Below, in pieces: positions 15,028-29,763 of a stretch of DNA of 64,000 bases. The notes under the pieces are model-generated. The model ran no database searches. It was given only the letters and a program-made list of their open reading frames with translations, and had not been told where the DNA came from. Source of the stretch: Octopus sinensis (taxonomy: Eukaryota); NCBI RefSeq assembly GCF_006345805.1, contig NC_043008.1, positions 42,532,001 to 42,596,000 on the forward strand, given 5' to 3'. The position numbers and the translations under genes are program-made. Positions within the stretch are counted from its first letter, which is position 1; each line of letters starts with the position of its first letter.

Positions 15028-15091
15028 ATATATATATTATATATAATGTTTTTATATGTGTATATATAGATACATATATATAAACATCAAA

Positions 15092-15122
<31 letters not shown>

Positions 15123-15269
15123 TATAGAATAGATAGATAGATTACATTGTTTTTTTTTTTACTCGTTTCAGCATGCGGCTGTGGTCATGCTGGTGCACCC
15201 ACATGTTCTTTGTGACTTCTTCAGTCTTTATGTTTCACATCACTATTCCTGTACGTGTCTTTATCCCAG

Positions 15270-15545
15270 TAGTTGCGACATTTGGTGTATAAAGAAGTTT
15301 GATTACGCTGCTCTCGTCTGTACCTCATGTCGGCAATTGGTTCATCCGGTTTTGTGGAGAGGAGGATACCTAGATCATATTAGAAGACATCTTCTTCCAC
15401 CTTGGGCAAATTTCTAAATTTATATGGCAGTGCATTGAAAAAATTGTGGCCCTTTGAACCCTACACGAATGCAGTACCAGGCCCAGAATTTAGATGGAGT
15501 AGATGGCACCTTTGGTACAATGACAAAGTGAGGAACTAGCCCTTC
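15270..15545 (-). mobile_element. 3' remnant of a CR1/L2/Jockey-type LINE ORF2
   Basis: Degenerate translation VPKVPSTPSKF..YC..GFKGPQ / FFNALPYKFRNL..VF*..L..LLSTKPDEP resembles the LINE ORF2 C-terminus (LFN.LP..LRN...FK..LD.FL..IPDEP). Confidence 0.65.
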
Positions 15546-15550
15546 TACGC

Positions 15551-15617
<67 letters not shown>

Positions 15618-15657
15618 TATTTGCATATACACACGCGCATATATGTAAATATATGTG

Positions 15658-15688
<31 letters not shown>

Positions 15689-15976
15689 ACATATGTATAT
15701 AGATTAAGAATAAATGTCTTACGTACTACAGGCTCTTTCTGGTTTACACTAAAATATCCTGAATCTGTTAGAAGTCTTCTATTGACCAATACTACAATTC
15801 TTACAAACCGTAACGATAAATTTGCTGTAATATTTACATTAATCTTTTCACACCTCTCCTTTCCACGCACATCAAACCACTTCATTCAAAAATCTAATCC
15901 CAAATATATACATATGGGCGAGTACGTATGATTTCATATAAATATAAATAAATATATATATATATAACTATATGTA

Positions 15977-16056
<80 letters not shown>

Positions 16057-16409
16057 ATATATATATATGCAATACATGCATAATGTATATCATATATGTA
16101 TCTATGTATATACATATACAAATACAATCTACGTACATATTTGGCAATTGTTTTATCATTCTGTTTACCCTTTCATGTTTCCATACTTCTATTATTTTAT
16201 GATTTGGTCTACAGTATTGCAAAGAGATATTATGTTTGCTTTAAACGACAAACAACTCCGTTATCTTTATGTAATTCCATACTTTCTACAGCCTACGGTG
16301 CACTCATTACTCGTTATTTTACATGGCTGGGTATTTATAGCTGTGTCTGTGTGTTTGTGTCTGTGTGTTTGTGTCTGTGTGTTTGTGTTTGTGTGGATTG
16401 TATGGAACG

Positions 16410-16512
<103 letters not shown>

Positions 16513-16523
16513 GTGTGTGTGTA

Positions 16524-16567
<44 letters not shown>

Positions 16568-17096
16568 TATATATATATTACGTATATATGTTTATGTGTA
16601 TGTGGTGTTTTATATTTATTTTGGTATCTACCAATTATTCCAGTACTAGTAAAAACATTCACATATCTAACTTAATTATAAAGAATATTAGCAACAATGT
16701 GTGCTCAGAACCATTTCTACCGTGAATTGTGATATTCTTCGACATATATAAATAAAGATATGAACACATAGACGCTGGTTTTCATGCGTACATATACATA
16801 AATACACACATTTTTATCACTATATAGAACTATGATTACGTTATACATATATATATTTTTTGTCTCTCTCTCTCTATGTATATATATGTGTGTGTATATA
16901 AAAGTGTGTGTGTATCTCTGTATGTGTATTGTGCATATATATAGAATTACGTGCGTTCTCTGGAAGACAACCCAGTATCTGTAATGTTAATAATATTTCT
17001 TATACTCTTATTGATTTCTTTAAAGACAGTATGCACTCATTATTGATCAAATTGTTAATACTTTACTTGTCTTCGAGTCTGCATATATATATATAT

Positions 17097-17156
<60 letters not shown>

Positions 17157-18999
17157 AGAGACTTATATATATTATTCATATATACATATACACACACGGC
17201 TGCAACATATATATATATATTTGTATACATATATATATATATATATATGTATAGATATATATATATATATATTATATATACATGTATGTATGTGTGTATA
17301 TATGAATATGAAAACAAGGGACAGTCGACTTGGTCTCTAAAGTAGTCCACGAACTGGTATAAATTCTCTCTCAGAACTTGCCATGCCAACCCATTTCTAG
17401 GTTCCTCACAATCTATTCTTTCCGTTTGTTGCTTTCTCTACTTTGAACATGAGAAGCAGGAATGTTTATGAGAAAGAAAACGAAAATAAAGAAATTACAA
17501 ATATAATTCCAAGACTTCCATTGTGCGGCCTTATTCAGTAGTCAGCTGCAACTAGAGTATTCTTAATTTCCATAACAGAAGAGTTATATAGTTTACATTG
17601 AACGCCAATATTTCCAGGCGGTCGTTATATTTTTGACAACTGTACTCTTTGTAAGTGTGTGCACGCTCACAATCACGTAGAGATATACATACTTTTATAC
17701 AGACATATACATTTATACATACATATAAATGCTTATATATGAATAATAATGTATTTTGTAATTTCTAAATTATATATTTTTGTGTATATACATATATATA
17801 CGTATATATGTGTGTGTGTGTATGTGTTTGTGTTGGCTTATAAGGTAAAAAAATGCGTGCGTACCTTGAACTAATTCAAAGTAGTAGAAAGATCTATCAA
17901 ATAAGAAAATCTAAGTCGTACTTTCTAGACGTTATAATTAAATTTTATTTCCTTGGTTCTGCTACTTAAAGCTACATTTCCATTCACACGTGTTTTTGAC
18001 AGAATATCTATGTTGGAATCATTCTTCAACTAGAACATCGCAGAAGCGTATTTAAATCAAATTCAATGAATTCCCATGCATTTGCCGGTGGTTTCTTTTT
18101 TGGAAATGTTTTTACTTCATTCTACAGAATTTCATTTTAGAGAAATCTCAGCTTACAAAATTGATTTATGTATTTGAAGAATTGAAGAAATAAATCTCGA
18201 AAATGAAAAAGGAAGTTTTGTTAACTTTATTATACAAACGTAATAAAAGTGGAGGAACTCAGATGCCTTACATCTGTTTATTTTGTAAACAAATGCGAAA
18301 TTCTTGAGCATACTTCTTCAAGAATTAACGCCTCTGATTTACGCCTCTGATTCTTCGACGAAGAATTCATGAATTATTTTCTCAATATTGCGCTTTTGTT
18401 GCCGCCGACGTTGTTGTTTCTCATCAGATCATCCATGACAAAGGAAACCTTAACACGGGTTGTATTAGCTATTACATTATATTTGAAAGGAAAGTGAACA
18501 ATATACCACATCATGAATTGTGCCGCTTTCTATGTCAGAAAGATGTAATTAAAGGACGATGTGGCTGCTATATCTAGCAGATCCATTGACTACGTAGAGG
18601 TTCCTTCATCTACTCATCAATAACTTTGTTCATAGAACATACATACCCAATGCATATAAAAAATGTCCGCTTTGCCAGTTAACAACTGTTTTAAGCCGTC
18701 GTCCGTGGATATATCGTTGATAATCCTGCAAGAATATATCCCTGTCATAATCGAAGTTAATGCCCGCTGGGTTTTATACAGATACACAAACGTATATGTG
18801 CGTGAGAGAGCTTGTTTTGTATTTATATATTCATATGCATACACACACACACATTCATAAACATAGACATACAAGCACGCATGCACACACACACACCTTT
18901 GATCTCTATACATATTTTAAGTCACGATTACATACCCATCACTGTAAATATTTCTCCCCACTACTCCAGTTTTTGAATTGTTGTGTGTGTTTATATATA

Positions 19000-19031
<32 letters not shown>

Positions 19032-19879
19032 CCACACCCGAAAGAATAACAATTATCTCCCCTGTTCACAATAATATGATAAGCAATTACCTCCCCTTAG
19101 ATTTTTCTATTTCTTTCATGGACAAAAATATGGTTCTTAAGAAAGTAGGTTTTTAAATAAGTTTAATGCTTTGATTACCGTAAACGAACCTGATCGACAA
19201 ACACAATATAAAATATATCTAAAATTATATTCAAACTATGTAAAGTGTGTGCCTTTTCGTTGTTCAATTTCTTATATATATTTTACAATTTACAACGTTG
19301 AGATAATCGAAATTCCTCCCGTTCTTTTACTATATAAACTACAGAAGATCTGTAGTATATGGTTAAAGAATGTATTAAAATCGTCATGTCAGGAAACTGA
19401 TACAAAATTTTGTGTATATTGACATTGTTTTGGGAAAAATGCTGATTTGGCGTTTTATTTTCAAATTTCTCAAATTTCTTTACCTAAGTTGTGTCATCTG
19501 TTCGCTATGGGGCGATGTAGATGACACAACATCGGTAAAGAAAGTTGAGAAATTTGATAAGAAAATGCGAAACTGGTTATTTCTCCAAAGATAATGCACT
19601 CTGGATCGACAGCAGATTGCATTCCCAGAATGCAGAATGATACTCCTTAGTGAACATATTGTGAGATGCGCAAAGCAACTACTACCACAGCTTTAATGTT
19701 TCCATTCTATCAATGTGCCATTGGAACACCAACACAAGTTAGATTAAACAAGGAAACCTTCTTAGTTGTAAAATATAAGCCAAAACTTAAACATTTCTAA
19801 ACTTTTTAAATAAGGAAACTCACCTCGTTGAAAAAAATTATATATGTATATATATACATATATTCATATGTATATATTC

Positions 19880-19947
<68 letters not shown>

Positions 19948-19995
19948 CATGTACATATATGCCCATAGATTTTAGTGTAGGTAGTCTTGAATATA

Positions 19996-20027
<32 letters not shown>

Positions 20028-22231
20028 CATATGTGTGTGTTTGTGTGTGTGTTGTGTTTGTGTTTGTGTGTGGGGGGGTGTATAATAAACATTAGTAAAA
20101 GCCAAATAAAATCCGTTTCTGAATATTTTAATGATGGCGACGGTCTATTATTCTCTCTTTGCCAAAAATAACAACAGAACCAAAGAAATCAAAGATAAAC
20201 CGATATATCAGTTCTCTTTCATATGCACCACCTATACAGGACTTTGCAATAATCAATACTTACTCTCTGCTAAACTACATACGGGTGTCAACACGCTGCA
20301 AAGTAAGGGTATAAAATTCTAACAATATTTGAGTTCTTTTATGTATTTATTATCAGTATTAAAGTGTATTTTTTTTATTTATGTCTTTGTTCTTTGTTTA
20401 CTTTTCTTCGTTGATTCTGCGATGAAAACTAAATATATGGAACGACTGCTTCTCTGTCTTCCAACACGCCGCTGAATTCCAGCTCCAGAATCTGTTGTCA
20501 ATATTGTAGAGAGAATAGTTTACCTCCGTGTACGTTACCAAAGAGTACAAAAGAAAAACAGACTATGCAGACTACATCTCTCGATTTGAGTTCACGATGA
20601 GCCGCATTAATTAACAATAATCATATCACATTTAACTCCATCTTGTAACTTTTACATGTTTCAATCTCTCTAATGAGAACAAAATGAAACAGGTAGTGAT
20701 CTTTAAACAAATAATGTGATCTTTTTCCGAATGATTTTCTTGCAACAAATAAGAAATTGCTTATTAATTTGTGAAGCAATCAAATAATACAAGATATTTA
20801 TATTGGTGAACCCTGAGAGCTTAACAAACGAGAAATATAGATTGCTAAACACACCGATCAAACACAGGAGCAATCCGATACTTCTACAAGTAGATCAACA
20901 ACTGTGAAGAAGAAACAATCCGTTGCATGTCCTATTCTGTGGAGTTGATAAATGTAACGAAAAGTCACTGAATCGAATTTATCCGTTTCAGTACGTAAAG
21001 TGAATGAGATATATAGAGCAGATAATCGGGAAACTGAAGTGCACGAGAGACGTAATTTGAAAAGAATTTCTTATGTCTCTCGGAAAAAACATGGTGACCA
21101 GTAGTATTTTAAAATGTACAGCAAAGAATTCTATGTTTTGCGCGAAACGTAAATATCAAGAGAGTGGTAGTGCGTGTGTGAGCGGGTGCGCGTAATTTTA
21201 TGTGTATGTGTGTGTATGCATGTGTGTACGTGTCCGTGTTTTTATGTAGGTTTAAGGTTGGGTGTGTATATATGTGCATGCATATATATGTGTGTGTGTG
21301 TGTGTGTGTTTATGTGTTTGCGTGTATGTATATATATATATTTATATTAATATATAGATATATGATATACATATATACACATTTACATACGCGTATATCT
21401 GTATGTATATGCGTACGTATGTATGTAAGTACGTACGTACGTATGTATTTTTGTATGCATGTATGTACGTATGTATGAATGTATGTACGTACGTAAGTAT
21501 AAATGAATGCATGTACATATATATGTACGTATGTATGAATGTACGTATGTACGTATGTATTATGTATATATGCTTGTATGTATGTATGTACGTATGTACG
21601 TATGTATGTATATTTGAATATGCTTATGTATGTATATCTTTACCAAGCTCACTTGCTTTCGATTTATGGTTTCTCCGTTAAATTTGTTATTGCAGATGCG
21701 ACCTCTCTGTCAATCGATAATTTAATGGAAGCATTTAAAGAAATGAAAATATAAACGAACTGGACAAAAATATTAATAAGCAAAGGGAAAACAGCGGACG
21801 ATATTTTGATTAAATTTAGGAGGCAAAAGCAAAGTTTTCTCAGGAAATTTACAGGAAATATAAACGCCACTTATATTTAAATGTATCCAGAACTAATGCA
21901 CCTGCGGAATATAGATTTTACAAATGTGCACGTAATGCTTTCTTACATATGTCTATGTCTGTCGATGTGTGTGCGCGCGTGTATACATATACGTATATGT
22001 ATATGTGTGTGGATGTGTATATATATACGATTATGTGTGTGTGAGTGTATACATACTCATATATACGCATGCAAGCGTTTTTGAGTGGGAGAGACTGGGG
22101 AAGAGAAAGCGGTGAGATATCTTTGCCAGCTAGATATATAGATATACACACAGATATATATATACACATGCACACATATAAAAATGTATGTGCGTACAAA
22201 GAGACAAAGAGACACACAAATAGAAAGTTAA

Positions 22232-22283
<52 letters not shown>

Positions 22284-22334
22284 GGAGGGAGGGAGGAGAG
22301 AGAAAGAGAGATAGGTAGATAGATAAATAGATAG

Positions 22335-22428
<94 letters not shown>

Positions 22429-22617
22429 GGCTGGATATATGGACAGGTGGATGGATGGATATATACATATATATGTTATATATACATATTTCTGTCGAAG
22501 AGCGTAGGCTCGAACACATTTATTTTATTTTATTCCTTGCGCCATACTAATACATTTGTTTGTTGTTTGTACTCCACCTGCCTTCGTCTTTTGTTTATTT
22601 TCGTAAACTACCCGTTA

Positions 22618-22683
<66 letters not shown>

Positions 22684-23137
22684 ATATATTATATATATAT
22701 GTATGTATTTATATATATATGTACCCAGAATATATTATTAGATGGATGATTAAACAAGTAGATAGATTTAAGTAAGACCCGATCTTAGGCCCTCACATGT
22801 TATTCCGCTCTTTAATCATGAATTAACTTTCTATTTCTAAAAATTCCGTTTGCTTCCATACCTCCACATACACAACATGCATGAGTACACACATACATAT
22901 ACGCACACATATATTTCAACACACACACATGTGCACATGTAGATAGACATGTCATGCATTAAAGTCAAAAAGGCAATATGTACAACATGAGTCAAGAGGG
23001 AATAACTTACTAATGCATAGGCAGAAAGTGTGTTTCAAACATAACGTTGATCACTACATGAACACACACGCGCGCACACACACCACATACACACATACGC
23101 ACACACTAACACGCATACATACTGTTACTACTACTGT

Positions 23138-23186
<49 letters not shown>

Positions 23187-23191
23187 CACAC

Positions 23192-23254
<63 letters not shown>

Positions 23255-23719
23255 ATGTATGTATGTATATCCACTCTTACTATTTACGAATAATATATAT
23301 AGATATATTTATATATACCTATGAACATATGCACAGACTGAAATTTAATAAATGCATGAATGCATAGAATCACATATATATATATATATATACCTTCCCC
23401 ATATATATATGTATATATATATATATCTATATATACATTCCCCTATATATATTTTCTGTATATATTTATATATATATGCATGCACACAGATATATGTTAT
23501 GCATATATATATATATATTATATTTAAATATATATATATATATGCAGTGAGAGAGTGAGAGAGAGACGTATATAGATATGCACACATTGTAATAAATGCT
23601 GGATGCATAAATTGATTTCTACAAACAGATGAGCGATTAGTTATACACATACAATATTTCTTTCCGTATATCTCTCACGCATACATAACTATGCATATAT
23701 ATATATATATATATATCTA

Positions 23720-23789
<70 letters not shown>

Positions 23790-24266
23790 ATGTATATGTA
23801 TATATATATCAATTCATCCTTCTGTCTATCCTGTAAGATATGTATTTATCTTCCCATCTATCCCTTTGCGTATATGTTATATATATATATGATATTTTAA
23901 GTAGTTATTATTAATATAAATGCGATTATAGATTCGGATTCCCAGAATACAGATATAAATGACTAATTGTATGGAATCACAAAGGTATGTCTGGAATACA
24001 GTTAGAATATAATGTATTGCCCTTTGCTGTTACTGAATAAACGCAACTTATTTTGATAAGCAGCCATTTTAAACAGTTACTTTTATTCAACACTTTTGTG
24101 CCTTCCTTTGGCATATAATTTTTTCCTTTGGCTTACGAAATTGATACATATAATGAGATAGTCAAATACATATACGTTATATATAGATATATATAATATA
24201 TATATATATATATATAATATATATATATAATATATATATATATATTATATATATACATATATATAC

Positions 24267-24313
<47 letters not shown>

Positions 24314-24438
24314 GTATGTAGTATGTATGTATGTTATTATGTATGTATGTATATATTATATGTATACATGGGCCGGAGCCGATGGAAGGATACGTGTATG
24401 TAAACGTGTATGTATTAATTATTAATCAGTTTACTTAC

Positions 24439-24974
24439 CAATCAAAGGAACGAATTCTGAAGTGGCAGGCATATTTTCGGCAATTAGCAACATGAAGACG
24501 GAAAAGGCTAAGAGAACTGTTAATCCTAGCGTGACCTTTTCGCCAGAATCTGGAGGGAGACAGAAGCCCGTTAAGGAGAGGGTGGATAGAAGGACGCACG
24601 GTATAATTACATTAAAACAATAGTACAAAATCCTTCTTCGAACTTGTACGTAGAATGTCACATCTGGGAAGGGTTCCGGACAGCAGGGATATGTTATTTC
24701 ATTTCGTATCACTTTTGTGGCGACTAACGTCCATTCACCATTATTCACATAATTTGATAGATCAATATTATCTGTGAGGTTTGTAACATCGACTTGGAAG
24801 CCATCATAAGCCCAAGATCCGAGCTTTAGCTTGCAAATTTGGTCATCGAATGGGAAATAAGTGATGTCCATTTTGCACGAACTACGCATGCGTACAATTG
24901 GCGGCCAAAAAACACTTCCGTTAGCTTCAATCATTGCAAGACTTTTCATATATCCCTGATTGAGGCTTTCAGCA
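24439..24974 (-). CDS. Nicotinic acetylcholine receptor alpha-type subunit (alpha9/alpha10-like), 536-nt exon covering the Cys-loop, loops B and C, TM1, TM2 and the start of TM3
   Basis: Translation AESLNQGYMKSLAMIEANGSVFWPP...CKMDITYFPFDDQIC (Cys-loop), GSWAYDG (loop B), YPCCPEPFPDV (loop C, vicinal Cys), RRRILYYCFNVIIPC (TM1), PPDSGEKVTLGLTVLLAFSVFMLLIAENMP (TM2), VPLIG. Acceptor ttttttcag ends at 24975; donor G|gtaagt starts at 24438. Phase 2 in, phase 1 out. Confidence 0.97.
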
Positions 24975-25114
24975 CTGAAAAAACAGAAAACAGAATGCCA
25001 AAAATCACAACGTATAGAAGCGGTCAATGAATCGAATTCTTCAAGAAAGTCACTTTTAAACGTGTTAATTGTTGGAAAAACCATTAACGATAATTATTAC
25101 GATAGATAACAGTA

Positions 25115-25335
25115 TAATATCGGTTTCCAATTTTGGCACAAGGCCAGAAATTTCGGGTTAGGGCGTAAGTCAATTACATCGACGTCAGTTCTCAGCTGGT
25201 TCTTATTTTATCGATACCGAAAATAAAATGCTAAGTCAACCACAGCGGAATTTGAGATCGGAACGTAAAAACGGACGAAATGCCGTGAAACACTTTGCCC
25301 AGTACGATGACAATTCTGCCTGCTAACTGCCTTAT
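25115..25335 (-). mobile_element. SINE family B in the 820-nt intron
   Basis: aaggccagaaatttcggg..cggaatttgagatcggaacgtaaaaacggacgaaatg..caattctgcc. Confidence 0.75.
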
Positions 25336-25501
25336 AACAGGATAATATTAATGAAGAAATTTTATCCATTACATATATAGGTAAATAGATAGATAGACAG
25401 ACAAATAGTCAGAAAGATAGATGAATTGACTAATAAACACATACATACATCAACCGATGTTCATGAATAAATCATTTTGATAAACGCAGTGCTAAAGTAT
25501 G

Positions 25502-25534
<33 letters not shown>

Positions 25535-25794
25535 AAAAAATATTCTATAATTATGTTTATAATTATAGAGTATTTGTATAATTTTACCTAAAAAGGTTAT
25601 TTTAACGTAACGAACTACTTGGTAAGATTATTAATTATTAATTAAGTAATTAATTATTCAATTAATTATACCCTTTTATTATCATTTAAAATTATATGTA
25701 TATAATTATATACACATACACACACTTTTAGTTTATAGAATGCCGTGTTGAAGGAAGCGGTGTAGATAGAAAAAAAAGATTGCGATCGTCTCAC

Positions 25795-25904
25795 CTGTTG
25801 TAGAGAACTATGTCTGGACGCCAAATGAAGTCACAGGGAATCCTAAACTTAGTGATTCCGCTGAAGTCGTTTGGATCCCAGTTGAGCTTCTCATCAAACC
25901 ACGA
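25795..25904 (-). CDS. nAChR alpha subunit, 110-nt exon (loop A)
   Basis: Read by hand (absent from the ORF track in this frame): ccttttag|TCG TGG TTT GAT...TAC AAC AG|gtgag = [36 protein letters not shown](S). A 110-nt exon with a phase-2 end is the conserved nAChR exon here, and it joins the next exon as YNS-AES. Confidence 0.96.
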
Positions 25905-26029
25905 CTAAAAGGAAACATAGATTTACACTTGGTGAATAGCCAACACCACAACAATAACAACAACTGTAATAATAATAATAATAATAATGAGGAGGAGGAG
26001 GATGTTGATGATGATGATGATGATGATGA

Positions 26030-26237
26030 TGATTTCAAATTTTCGCTCGAGGAAATTTCGGGACAGGGTTAAATCGATTACATCGTCTCCGGTACTTATC
26101 TGGTACTTATTTCATCAACCCAGAAAGGATGTAAGGCAAAGTCGATCTCGGTGGAATTTGAACTCAGAATGTAAAGCCAGACGAAATGCTGTTAAGGAGA
26201 TTTTCCGGCGTACTAACCATTCTACCAGCTCGCCGCA
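26030..26237 (-). mobile_element. SINE family B
   Basis: aaggatgtaaggcaaagtcgatctcggtggaatttgaactcagaatgtaaagccagacgaaatg..ttctaccagctcgcc. Confidence 0.82.
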
Positions 26238-26244
26238 AAGATAA

Positions 26245-26680
26245 AGTATCATACAAGGAATTGAAAACGAAAGAAGCTGAAAATAGGTGGGTAAAGAAAA
26301 GAATGCATGGTCAATTTCATAGGGATGTTGAATCTAACACAGACAGAGAAAAACGATGGTTTTGGACGACTAAAAGGGATTTAAAACCGAGAACGGTGTC
26401 TCTAATCTGTGCAGCACAAGAGCAAGCACTAAGGACAATCTGCGTAAAATACAGAATAGACAACGCATCAGAAAGTGATAAGTGCAGAATCTGTGGACAA
26501 AACGGTGAAACCGTATGGCATATTGCCAGCCAATATACGCCACTAGCCCAGAAGGAATATAAGAGACACCACGGCAATATAGCAAGGCTTGTAACCGCTC
26601 GAATACTCCAGAAGTTGCTCGAAAAGGAAGAAGTGACACCGTAGTACATGTCCACGGCTAGAAGCTGGGCAAAGGCAATA
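26245..26680 (+). mobile_element. 5'-truncated R4/Dong-like (RLE-class) non-LTR retroelement end with (AAT)n tail
   Basis: ORF 26186-26644: MHGQFHR..LICAAQEQALRT..KYRID..CRICGQNGETVWHIASQY..LAQKEYKRHH..TARILQKLLE. This includes a degenerate CCHC knuckle and the terminal TARIL motif, followed by (AAT)n from 26678. Confidence 0.8.
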
Positions 26681-28656
26681 ATAATAATAATAATGATAGC
26701 ATTAATAATAATAATATAATAATAATAATAATAATAATAACAACAACAACATCAACAGCAATGGTTCCAAATGCATCTTCTGATGTGATGGTTTCTGCAT
26801 TTAGAAATTTCTTCTCTATAAAGCTCCCCATTTATGTTGACCAGTGTATGTCAACTGAAAGCAAGATCTGATACAGCTTGAAAGAACTGTCAGTGCAAAT
26901 TTCTATCAGAGCGCAATAGGAATCTCTCACAACCCTCTCGCCATTCCACCGAAAACGACCCGGAGACATGGAACAATAATCACCAACTTCTAATGAATTA
27001 AAGTCTAATTTAATACCAACAGCCTTTTAACTGTTACAGAGACAGAAACACAGGAAGCTGGATCCGCAGCCGTAAAGTAAAGGATATCAATCCAATAATT
27101 CATTTGTACCTTATTTCATCGATACAAAAAGAACAAATATTTCCTTGATACAAATTGAACACGAGATCCATAAATATACATTTCGCTGTATCTTGTCGCA
27201 GATCTAAGCTACTCCGCCTTTAATTTTATCAGAAGTATCAGTGATGACATCATAGAATCTTCAGAACTGAACAAACAATATTGCAGTGTTGTTGATCCTC
27301 ACAGACTGAATTTTAAATCATTTTGGGACACTTTATATATTTATCAGCTTAATGTTACAGAAAGTTCTATTTTTTATATCTTTGGGGAATAAACTTTCCT
27401 TATGATTTTTCGAATAAAAAAATGGGGATTTAAAGGACTTTGAATATCATAATTATATTTTGTAAGAGAAACCTTCGATTAAGTGATATTACATCGATGC
27501 AATACAGATCTATTGATCTACAATAAATGATTGCGTATTAAATCTTACATTAAACCAGATCTAAATCTAAAATCTGTCATTTAGTCTCTCTGATTACGAT
27601 TGTAATCAATACAGCATTTCCAGTTCAATTCTCGGTTAGAATATTCCAGATGCAACTGTTAAACACATTTAAATTTTACTTTTTTTTTTGTATTCTTGAG
27701 AATTTTGTTTTGATTTTTCAAAACCAATACAATTCCTGATATAAACGACATTTCTACATTTCTAATCTACTTTTCATTCTTATATACTTATTCTTTCATT
27801 CGTTCTTTCATTACAAGAAACACACCCCCGATTCGAAATAGAGAAAGAAAAATGTGAAACCTGCTTACCGATCAATATTTCCAACAATGTTTTCTAAGTT
27901 TATAGTTTTTTTATGATCTAAGATGAAGAAAGCCATTGTGTCTTGGCATAAAATAATCGATTCCGAGAAATATTTTTTTCCTTACTTATATAGGCGGCTG
28001 ATTCTCAATAACCGTTCTATTTTCAACTCATAAAGGTAATTGTTTTATTTCATATTATAAGAAATCATGAAGACAAGAAACAATGTAAACAGCAAAGACG
28101 TTGTACAATTGATTTTCTTGTATTAGCTCAGGTCCTTTGGTATGTTTAAAGCAATGTGAATGCGGGATGCAGGGGCATTCATGCGTTTTCCGATGGGATT
28201 TTTCTATAAGAGAAAATTCCATGCCACTCTGAGCATGACCTGTGGTCGAATTAAATCCTCATTTGACCACCATAAAATATGCAGCTTACGAAGTCGAAGA
28301 GAGAGTCAGATAGATCGAAAGAGAAAAAGGAAGAGAGAGGGAGAGAATAAGAAAGAGAGTGACGAACGAAAGAGAGATGCAGGAGAAGGCAGGGAGAAAG
28401 TGAAAACAATATATGTATATATATATATGCAAGCAGAAATTTTCCTGTGTAATTTCCTTAGAGAAAATATGGTAATCCCACGATAGATTATTCATGATAT
28501 AACAGACAGCAGATATTATTAAAATGATAATAATGATTTTGAAGATGATGATGATGATGATGATGATGATAATAATGGAGACCTCGACGACGAAGACGAC
28601 GTCGATGATTGTGGTGGTGATAATAATATTAACAACAATAATAATAATACACTAAT

Positions 28657-28837
28657 TCGCGCACATATGGTTGTAATGCATGTGCCTGGTGTACGCTTAT
28701 CAGACAGATACTCATTATGGGTACACTGGACTTCGGAAATTTGTAGCCCGGTGTCACTTTGAAGGCATGCACTGCTCTCTCATTCAATATTAATAATAAT
28801 GATAATAGTAATAATAATAATGATAGTAGTAGTAGTA

Positions 28838-28896
<59 letters not shown>

Positions 28897-29660
28897 CCTT
28901 AGACAACCCTTATTCAGGGACCTTTTGAGCGGGATGGGCTACTCAACCTGAAGAAAATTCTAACTGGGCCCCACCTGCAAGGTCATGTGCTGTTTATCTT
29001 GATATGAGATCACCATGTCGCGCACATATGGTTGTGATGCATGTGCCTGGTATACCTTTATCAGACGGGTAGTCATGATGGGTATATTGGGCTTCATATA
29101 TTTTACCCCAGTGTCACTTTGATGGCATGCACTGCTCTCTCACTCAATAATAATAATATGGAAGTGTTATCATGTACATTGTTTTGTCTTGGTATAAAAG
29201 ATAGGCTACAGCAAATATTCTGCTCAATACCACAGATCTGCTTGTCAGTTGTTTGGCCTTCACCAGTTGAGCATGTCCCTTAGTGGCTGACAATATGTGT
29301 ACCTCTGATCATGAGCAGAAGTAGTGGGGGAGCATCATAGCCATATGTTGAGAGGGTTTCTTTGGGATTTGAATAATTCACCTCTGGAAACATGGGTGTT
29401 TCGTTCAACATCCTTAAGTAACCCTTATTCAGGGACCTTTTGAGCAGGATGGGCTACTCAACCTGAAGAAAATTCTTACTGGGCCCCACCTGCAAGGTCA
29501 TGTGTTGTTTATCTTGATATGAGATCACCATGTCGTGCACATATGGTTGTGATGCATGTGCCTGGTGTACCCTTATCAGACGGGTAGTCATGATGGGTAT
29601 ATTGGGCTTCGTATATTTTACCCCAGTGTCACTTTGATGGCATGAACTGCTCTCTCACTC
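28657..29660 (+). mobile_element. Three head-to-tail copies of a ~500-bp repeat, each ending in (AAT)n
   Basis: Copies at 28657-28790, 28897-29145 and 29159-29660 share the 3' end gtgtcactttga(t/a)ggcatg..ctgctctctca(c/t)tc followed by AAT repeats. Confidence 0.9.
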
Positions 29661-29697
29661 AATAATAATAATAATGATAATGATGATGATGATGATG

Positions 29698-29763
<66 letters not shown>

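Noticed and set aside
20240-20285. ttactttgcag|...|gtaagt as a 32-nt micro-exon on the minus strand
   Set aside because: In the phase required after VPLIG it contains an immediate TGA; such motif pairs are expected by chance in 24 kb of intron.
24439-24974. Chemotactile receptor or anion-selective molluscan nAChR identity
   Set aside because: The vicinal cysteines and most of the aromatic box are retained, and TM2 has the GEK cation ring without the Pro/Ala features of anion channels.
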